Positions 55,285 through 64,000 of a stretch of 64,000 bases of DNA are shown one piece after another; the first letter of the stretch is position 1, and every line of letters starts with the position of its first letter. Source of the stretch: Eledone cirrhosa (lineage: Eukaryota); NCBI GenBank assembly GCA_964016885.1, contig OZ024740.1, positions 165,230,001-165,294,000 on the forward strand, in the 5' to 3' direction. Both the position numbers and the translations under genes were made by a program. The notes under the pieces are model-generated. The model saw nothing but the letters and a program-made list of their open reading frames with translations. It searched no databases and was not told the origin of the DNA.

Positions 55285-56347
55285 GTTGTTGTTCTTTGAG
55301 TCTCAGTCATTGATGTTAGTTAACTGGAAAGTTTGTTGAAATGAATATCAAGCCACTACCTGCAGCCTCAGATATTCAGGACGTATCGGAGGGTTCTTGC
55401 TGTTCCAAGCAAGCATGCCTTTTGAAGCGTTCCAAAAAGCGTGAAGGGGCCGATTTTCTTTAACCATCCCTGGAAACCTTTGGAGATAGTCCCCAGTGCG
55501 CCTATGACAATCGGGATCACTTTGACTTCATGGCAGTTCCAAATCCTTTTCACCTCCCACTTTAGGTCCTGGTATCGGTTAATTTTCTCCCTCTCCTTCT
55601 CTTGCACTCTCGTGTCGAACGGGCAGGCCACATCCACAATCAGGCACGATCTTTTTTCTTTGTCCATAACCACCAGGTCAGGTCTATTGTGTTCCAGTTT
55701 TTTGTCCGTCTGTATCCTAAAATCCCACAGCACCTTCACCTGACTGTTCTCCATCACCGCCTCTGGCCTATGCTCATACCATTTCTCAGAATGTGGTAGA
55801 TTGTTTACTTTGCACAGGTGCCAGTGGATCACCCTGCCCATCACATAGTGTCTCCAGCCCTTATAGTGGGTCTGGGCTAGGTGTTTACACTCGGACACAA
55901 TGTGAGCCACAGTCTCCTCTCTCTCTCCACAGATCCTGCACAGTGGGCTAGCCTCCTCCTTGTAGATATGGTGCTTCAACCACTTCGTTTTGAGGGCCTG
56001 CTCCTGCGCAGCCATTAGCATTCCTTCTGTAGCCTTTTTGAGGTCTCCTCTTCTCAACCAGTTCCATGTCTGTGGATCTCTAAATTCAGTAAAGAGGGTA
56101 CTATGAAGGGATTTTCCCTTAAGGCTGCTCTTCCTCCTTGATGTTATTTCCTCCTTGGACATCCCCTGGCCTACTGTCCCCTCCTTCAGTACAGTTCTGA
56201 GCATTGGCTCCTTACTATAGGTCACGTATTTGTATAGGTTGTTTTTCTCCATCTGAACACAGTCCTCTATGCTGATAAGACCTCTTCCACCATCAGATCT
56301 CCTTAGGTAGACTCTATCGACATCACTCCTCTTGTGGAACATGTTGT
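55283..56347 (-). mobile_element. R4/Dong-like non-LTR retrotransposon copy a, 5'-truncated (CCHC + restriction-like endonuclease)
   Basis: ORF 55368-56342: CRIC..ETVAHIVSEC, RH, RPDLV..IVDVACP..EK..Y..L; flanked by (ATT)n. Confidence 0.88.
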
Positions 56348-56372
56348 AGTATTATTATTATTATTATTATTA

Positions 56373-58693
56373 TTGTTGTTATTCCTTGAATCTCAGTCAT
56401 TGATGTTAGTTAACTGGAAAGTCCGTTGGATTGAATATCAAGCCACTACCTGCAGCCTCAGATATTCAGGACGTATCGGAGGGTTCTTGCTGTTCCAAGC
56501 AAGCATGCCTTTTGAAGCGTTCCAAAAAGCGTGAAGGGGCCGATTTTCTTTAACCATCCCTGGAAACTTTTGGAGATAGTCCCCAGTGCGCCTATGACAA
56601 TCGGGATCACTTTGACTTCATGGCAGTTCCAAATCCGTTTCACCTCCCACTTTAGGTCCTGGTATCGGTTAATTTTCTCCCTCTCCTTCTCTTGCACTCT
56701 CGTGTCGAACGGGCAGGCCACATCCACAATCAGACACGATCTTTTTTCTTTGTCCACAACCACCAGGTCAGGTCTATTGTGTTCCAGTTTTTTGTCCGTC
56801 TGTATCCTAAAATCCCACAGCACCTTCACCTGATTGTTCTCCATCACCGCCTCTGGCCTATGCTCATACCATTTCTCAGAATGTGGTAAATTGTTTACTT
56901 TGCACAGGTGCCAGTGGATCACTCTGCCCATCACATCGTGTCTCCAGCCCTTATAGTGGGTCTGGGCTAGGTGTTTACACTCGGACTCAATGTGAGCCAC
57001 AGTCTCCTCTCTCTCTCTCCACAGATCCTGCACAGTGGGCTAGCCTCTTCCTTGTAGATATGGTGCTTCAACCACTTCGTTTTGAGGGCCTGCTCCTGCG
57101 CAGCCATTAGCATTCCTTCTGTAGCCTTTTTGAGGTCTCCTCTTCTCAACCAGTTCCATGTCTGTGGATCTCTAAATTCAGTTTTCTCAAAGAAGGTACT
57201 ATGAAGGGGTTTTCCCTTAAGGCTGCTCTTCCTCCTTGATGTTACTTCCTCCTTGGACATCCCCTGGCCTACTGTCCCCTCCTTCAGTACAGTTCTGAGC
57301 ATTGGCTCCTTACTATAGGTCACGTATTTGTATAGGTTGTTTTTCTCCATCTGAACACAGTCCTCTATGCTGATAAGACCTCTTCCACCCTCAGATCTCC
57401 TTAGGTAGAGTCTATCGACATCACTCCTCTTGTGGAACATGTTATAGATAGTCAATAGCTTCCTAGTCTTCCTATCCATTTCTTTTTGTTCAGCAACATT
57501 CCATCTCAGAATTCCCGCACTGTACCTAATAATAGACACAGCTCGGGAATTTACTGCGCTTATGGCATTTCTGCTGTTCAGATGTGACTTCAATACGCTC
57601 CTTACTCTCCGAATGTATTCAGTTCTTAACAATTCCTTCATTTTTTTGTTCTTTATGCCATCAGCCTCCAGAACGCCCAAATACTTGTATCCTTCCTCAG
57701 AGTCAATTTCCTTTATCATCTCACCTGTTGGTATCTGGATCCCGTTACTTCTGCTCAACCTACCCCTCTTCATCACAATGACTCCACATTTACCAATACC
57801 AAACTGCATACATATATCATTGCTGAAAATACGGACAGTGTCAACAAGCACATCCAACTCCTTCTCACTTTTCCCGAAGAGCTTAAGATCGTCCATGAAG
57901 AGGAGGTGATTGATGGTAAGCTCTCCCCTTCCCAACTTGTATCCTGCTCTCACTTTTCGCAGCATAATGGTCAAGGGCATCAGGGCAAGGACAAACAACA
58001 GAGGGGACAGGCTATCTCCCTGGAAGATACCTCTCTTGATCTTCACGTTTCCCAAGGATACTCCAGTTGATGTCAACTCTGTCTCCCATGACCCCATACT
58101 CCTGCCTAGCAACTGTCTGATGTTATCTGCCACCCTGAAGATCTCCAGGCTTTTGGTGATCCAGGAATGAGGCACCATGTCAAATGCCTTTCTGTAGTCT
58201 ATCTATCCCATGGCAAGATCAGTGTGTCTCCTCCTGCAATTCCCCATTACCATCTTATCAATAAGTAACTGGTCCTTTGTACCACGTGACCTCTTTCGGC
58301 ATCCTTTCTGTTCGTCGGTAACAAGTTGTTTGTGTGGAGGTGATGGTAGATTTCCTCAGACACAATGCTCGTCAACAGTTTCCACATTACGGACAGACAT
58401 GTGACAGGTCTATAGTTGGTAACATCATTACCCTTGATTCGGTATTTCATTATCAGAACTGTGGTACCTTTTGTCAACGACTCTGGCACCTCACCCGACA
58501 CCAATCAGTCATTGAACATGGCCGTCAGCTTCGGGTGGAGGGATGTTAAATGTTTAATCCAATACCCCTGCACACCATCTGGGCCTGGTGATTTCCAGTT
58601 GGTTAGTTTTTTGGCCTGCCCCTTAAGAGTTTCAACTGTGATACTCAAATCAGTCTGTTGTTGTGCCTGCTCACCGATCTCCCTCTGTACTGT

Positions 58694-58696
<3 letters not shown>
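56373..58696 (-). mobile_element. R4/Dong-like non-LTR retrotransposon copy b, 5'-truncated (RT + CCHC + RLE), frameshifted
   Basis: YRPVTCL, DYRKAFDMVPH, GIFQGDSLSP, FMDD, YKYLGV, RPD motif; (ATT)n on both sides; nearly identical to copy a where they overlap. Confidence 0.9.
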
Positions 58697-58767
<71 letters not shown>

Positions 58768-59050
58768 GGGCGTTGGATTGGCAGTATCGGTAGGGGGTCG
58801 GAGGCTATGCTTTGCAGCACGGCGTTACGCCCCTTTATGATCTGAGTTCAAATCCTGCCAAGGTTAACTTTGCCTTTCATCCTTACGGGGTCAATAAAAT
58901 AAAGTACCAGTAATGCACTGGGTAATTGCTGGCCTTGTGCCACAACTAGAAACAATTTGCCTTTCATCCTTACGGGGTCGATAATATAAAGTACCAGTAA
59001 TACACTGGGCATTTGCTGGCCTTGTGCCACAAATAGAAACAATTATTATT
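58768..59050 (+). mobile_element. Octopus-type SINE with tandemly duplicated 3' half
   Basis: Full head and body to ~58956; TTTGCCTTTCATCC...GGCCTTGTGCC is repeated at 58956-59045; inserted in (ATT)n. Confidence 0.85.
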
Positions 59051-59187
59051 ATTCCTTACATTAAACTATAATTACACTCCTTATTCCTTACATTAAACTG
59101 CAACTATGGTGACACTCTTTAAATAACGTCTTCATTGTGAAATTTGTGGTCTTGTTTTGCTCAACTAATGAATATATATATATATAT

Positions 59188-59219
<32 letters not shown>

Positions 59220-59220
59220 C

Positions 59221-59354
<134 letters not shown>

Positions 59355-59445
59355 GAAAACTGGAAGGTAATATCCGTATTGGTAGAGCACTCAGTCCATA
59401 GGACGAGTTAGGTAGAAGTGGTTACACAACAGTTAGTGCACCACA

Positions 59446-59486
59446 CCGAGAACAATTCTTTCACCTTATGCGGATCTTCAGCTCGG
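59446..59486 (-). ncRNA. Minimal type I hammerhead ribozyme candidate (slightly decayed)
   Basis: CCGAG-CTGAAGA-TCC-GCATAA-GGT-GAAA-GAATTG-TT-CTCGG; perfect 5-bp helix I. Confidence 0.6.
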
Positions 59487-59543
59487 ACTGGTCATGGTTA
59501 TACGAAACAGGAAGAACAACTGTTCTATATGTTATATATGTTG

Positions 59544-59607
<64 letters not shown>

Positions 59608-60735
59608 GGTGCCTGCAGATACCTAAGGACGGGAACTTTCCTCAAGCTATATGGATAAACCCCGGTTACGGCCTCCCACAACGCCCCCCTCCTTTAGGTC
59701 TTCTACACCCCGTACCAATGACCAATGGACAACAACAACCACCCATAGTTTGTGGTCTCTATGGTGGTTGGTCCACCGGATTCTCTACTGGTTAGGAGTC
59801 ATATAAACCACGTTTTATGATTTTATATGTATATGTATATATATATATATATCATGTGTATATATGTATATATTTTATATGTGTATATGTGTGTATTTTA
59901 TATATATGTATGTATATATATGTATATATTATATATATATATATGTATATGTATGTGTATTTTATATATATATATGTATGTATGTTTTATGTGTGTATGT
60001 ATTTTATGTAGGTATGTGTGTATTTTATGTATATATATATATTTTATATAATATGTATGTTCTGTGTATATATATATATTTTATATATATATATATACTT
60101 GTGCGTACATAGTACATACATATATACATATACACACCTGTATGGATTTGTGTGTGTAGATGTGTGAGTGTTTGAGGGGGTAGGTGTGAGTGTATGTACA
60201 AGTCAACCAGCATAAACCTTTTATTTCTAAATTTTCTAAACTAAGTATTGGACTCTAACCATTAGTTTAAGTATTACCACCCAACATTTTGTATGTGTGG
60301 ATGTGTGTGTGTGTGTGTGGATGTGGAGGTGGGTGTGAGTGTACGTGCAAGCCAACCTACACAAGTCTTTTTATTTGTAAATGTTCTACTCTAACCATAA
60401 ATATCAGTAGCACCATTCCACATAAATTCCTCAATGACCTGTAGTATCTATTTCATACTATTAACCTTAATTGAATATACATCTGACCAGGAATGCTTTT
60501 TGTGAAAATCAGTCATATGGAACTATTGTCATCTTGCCTGACGGTTTGAACTTTACAACACCACCTGCCTCTTTGAGGTCAAATACCAACCCTACTATCA
60601 TCTACAAACTGACCAATGAGAATCAAGACTATTAATGCTGACAACATTAAATTATTCCTAACAAGCTCATATGTCCCAAGGCTTTGATACCATCAACACT
60701 ATAAACACGGAGCTGGCATTTCTAAGAACTGACTA

Positions 60736-60791
60736 ACTGCCTGATGAGGTCATAGCAATTCAATAGCTATCATCGAAATATATATAGCAGT
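60736..60791 (+). ncRNA. Minimal type I hammerhead ribozyme candidate, intact core
   Basis: ACTGC-CTGATGA-GGTCATAGC-AATTCAATA-GCTATCATC-GAAA-TATATA-TA-GCAGT; palindromic helix III; followed by AATAAA. Confidence 0.75.
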
Positions 60792-60832
60792 AAATAAAGG
60801 ATTATGAGTTCAGGCAATTGACTTATGTTTCG

Positions 60833-60912
<80 letters not shown>

Positions 60913-60919
<7 letters not shown>

Positions 60920-63198
60920 TAAAATAACAGATTAAAGTTTAAGCAAAGAATAGCTGCTTTCACCCATAACGGGATCTTCTGAAACTAACGAAGTCAATCT
61001 GTAAACGCAGAAGTGGATATTTCAAAAAACGTTGCAACCGGAGGAAGACAGGAAGACGATACTTTGGTTCGTGGAAACGTTCGCTATGCAAATAAGTAAT
61101 GGTATAAACAAAACATACTTAGCTCCCACACCAAGACGTAAAATATCCATGTATAAATCTAACTATCCGTTAGGGTATAACGTGGGGCTGTAATACAGGA
61201 AAGCTTTGTGCAATTTATGTTTACAAGACGAAATTGCCTCAGATTTTTTGTTTAAGATGTGGTCTGTGGCGTAGAGTATTTCCAGGGCCTCAGCGGCGCA
61301 GAGGTCACATGGTCTTTTATTTCCGTTATACGATCTAGCCCTAGCTAGGATCTCCCAGTGTAACTTATATTGGGTGTGGTTGTCTTTAGACTCCAGATAT
61401 AAGCTGAAAGTGACGTCATATTCCTTCTTAGAGGGAAACGAAAAGAATGGGTATGCATGTAAAGACGCTGCTTGAATCTATTGGCGGTTAACCCTATGTA
61501 GGCCCTACGGGACGTGGGTGTTACAACCTTACATTTGTAGACAATGTTACTAGAGAGGCATTTCCCGGATAGGGGGCAAACCACCCGATTCCTACAATTA
61601 CAGTTAGTACTAACTACAGGGTTGCACGTGTTCCTACGGCCAGGTAGTTTAGCTAAATTTGAAGCTGTGATGTTATGTGCAAGGTTAGGAGTCGTAGAGT
61701 AAGAAATGTTAATAGTATTTCTATTAAAAATTTTACTATACTTATGTGTAGGGGGAAAATGCTTCGTAATAAGCGAAAGAAAGATCTTAGCTAATGGTGT
61801 GGCCACCTCCATATTATATGGTGGGTTATACCAACAAATGCGACGGGATCTATTTCTTCTAGGTCTATTTTCGTACTCTGTATATGCTACCTTATCGACA
61901 AATCCACTTCGAGCAAGAGCTTCATTGTAATAAGTAGAATGGTCGTTGAAAATACGCTCGTTGGTGGAAAGACGGGAAAGCCTCAATGAAACGTTTCTTA
62001 CTAGGTTCTTGGTTATGATGGCAGGATGGTTGTAATGCTACCTTATGTAATTAAGCATTTCATTCGGCTTTCTATACGGGTAATACAACCCATTCAATAA
62101 ATTGAGGGTAACGTCGAGGTAATTAACGGCCGAGAGATTGGCCTCAACCTGTATAGAGAGGTTGAAGCCTTTAAAGAAGGCTGTGAGTTCTTTTCTGAAC
62201 CTGTCGCAAGCACGAGGTCCGCACTTAGTCATGGTCAAAAGACCATCGTCACGGTACAAACCACCGCCCGCGTTGGGGAATTCGTCCTTGATAGAGAAAA
62301 TCAGGAAAGGCCGATAAGATCAGTAACCTCCGCAGAATCACTGGCGCCCATACTCACGTCGAATGGGGACTATTGGATTTTTTAATCCAAATAGAGTCGT
62401 CGAAATTAATCACCGACTATCGGGCATTGAGGATGACATCAACTTCGAAATCCTTAACCACTGTGAATGTTTTAGCGAAATTGATAGCTCTAAGGAGAAG
62501 TGGTAAAGTGATGGAGGAGTAGTAATTGTTGATGTCGAATTGGATAAAACGGCTATGTTCCTTGTTACATATGCCGTTGAACCAATCAATCACCGCGAAA
62601 GAATTGTTCCACAGTGCAAGAGGGGCCAAACTTCTAATTTCAGGTATAATTCAATCAAGAACCGTTTTACTAAGTCTACCTAAATCGGACTTCGTAGGGT
62701 TAATAAGCCGAATAGAGGGGTTGTTCGGAAAATTGGATTTGTGATCCTTCATGGTAAAGTGGGGAGAAATAGGGTCCAGAGGTTCGGTCCGGTCCAGGAT
62801 GTTGAGATCAGATGTGATTTTAAACCCAGCATCGTTGATTTCATTGATGACGCACCGATTAGTTTTACGGTAACCCTTAGTTACAGCATGATGTAGTAGT
62901 TGATGTTAAGTACTGCGCCCCACTTGATATAGGTTGCCAGTTTCGTCGGAATGGACGTGCACGGCATTAGAATCCTTAATAGAACGAATACTATTCTTCA
63001 GCCCTTGCTGGAAGGAATTACTCCTATTCAGAAATTTGATACTCCGAATGAGTTCCAAGACATCATTTTCGAAGGGTAGCAATGCTGGGTTACACGGGGG
63101 GTTATTATAGGTTTATCCAAATTTATCCTGTTTGCTGTCTGCTTTTCGCGGATTATCGAGCGCTCTTTGGATTTTAGTCTTCAAATTTATTATTATTA

Positions 63199-63200
<2 letters not shown>
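60913..63200 (-). mobile_element. Penelope-like element 2 with 3' terminal repeat (60913-61085) and inverted 5' end piece (63155-63200)
   Basis: RT-GIY-YIG remnant bounded by the same two termini as 46762-46990 and 48623-49900; (TA)n on both sides. Confidence 0.85.
61190..63120 (-). pseudogene. Penelope-like RT + GIY-YIG endonuclease (resembles Nematis type), disrupted
   Basis: RLINPTKSDLG, FIQFDINNYYSSI, FDVSMGASDSAEV, YRDDGL, NYLDVTLNL, WYNPP, CNCRNRVVCPLSGKCL, IVYKC..YIGLT..FKQR. Confidence 0.88.
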
Positions 63201-63238
<38 letters not shown>

Positions 63239-63790
63239 AATTAACTCTGCCATTCAATTCCTTAGTAGTAATAAGTGTAAAAACTCCTGATATTACAACA
63301 GAAGTCTGAACTTAGTCCGACTGATCCCTATTTTTCTGTCTAAGAACATACTTTATATACCGAAAAGGTGTCTTTACATAACGTGTTGAAACAAATCTGT
63401 GCTTATATTCTATAGAATATAGAGAATAACACCTAAATTGAGTCGTTAACAACATTGATGTTCGAATATCGTAGGTCTCAACAAACCTTCCAAATTCTAT
63501 ATAGCTCAATGTTTGTCCCTACATAAACCTATCATCAATGCTGTATTATTGTCGTTGTAGTTCTTATTTAAGTCGTGGTTGGTTTTTTTTTTTTTTTTTT
63601 GAAACAATAATATAAATTTATCTGCTAAATATAGTAGAAAAATCTCCCTCATATTTTATGCTACCATCTTATAATGTCCAGGGTATATAATTCCTGTAGG
63701 GCAAAATAATCCTCGGGATAGTCATAATGGAAATAACTATCAAGCAAAACATCTGGTTAAACAACACTAAGAACAAAAACAAGAACAACA

Positions 63791-63824
<34 letters not shown>

Positions 63825-63827
63825 ATA

Positions 63828-64000
63828 TAGTTATACTTTGGGAGGGTCATGTTGCCAATAAGAAACACACGCACCAGTTGCTTTCACTTCAATTTATTAT
63901 AATAAATTTATAATAAATTTATAAATTTATAAATTTCTGGTTGGTTGGTTGGTTCCACAACCAGATAGTTGTTTATATATTGTCATAGTTCTTTCGTCAC
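63828..64000 (-). repeat. Left arm of another copy of the 51.6-kb fold-back family, cut by the window end
   Basis: Matches 51615-51786. Confidence 0.85.

Larger units (their letters stand above)
52941..59175 (+). mobile_element. Penelope-like element 1, 5'-truncated; 3' terminal repeat split by nested Dong-like and SINE insertions
   Basis: RT/GIY-YIG remnant at 53004-54714. Terminal repeat halves 55111-55195 and 59046-59175 are contiguous in the 28-kb fold-back. Confidence 0.65.

Overview
Eukaryotic, repeat-saturated, gene-free DNA. It is probably an octopus/coleoid genome, inferred from the SINE family. No host protein-coding gene is supportable. Bases 1-22.4 kb hold a cluster of five decayed L1-clade (Tx1-like) non-LTR retrotransposons (ORF1 with CCHC knuckle; ORF2 APE endonuclease + RT + CCHC) from about three subfamilies, mostly chained through (AAT/ATT)n tracts. 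Bases 22.4-64 kb are AT-rich microsatellite DNA containing two decayed Penelope-like elements (RT + C-terminal GIY-YIG), two tandem R4/Dong-like RLE elements, tRNA-derived SINEs, a hAT-like MITE, about a dozen (TA)n-embedded fold-back elements with asymmetric fixed ends, and several type I hammerhead-like motifs. The most interesting signals are: (i) a YUUGU-pentaloop hairpin shared by the Tx1 3' end, the Tx1 5' UTR and the SINE 3' end; (ii) a conserved splice donor at the ORF1 end, a polypyrimidine-CAG acceptor in the 3' UTR and long-range ORF1/3'UTR complementarity, which together bracket all of ORF2; (iii) a size series of Penelope fold-back derivatives sharing their ends with an ORF-bearing element. 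All coordinates and pairings were read by eye.
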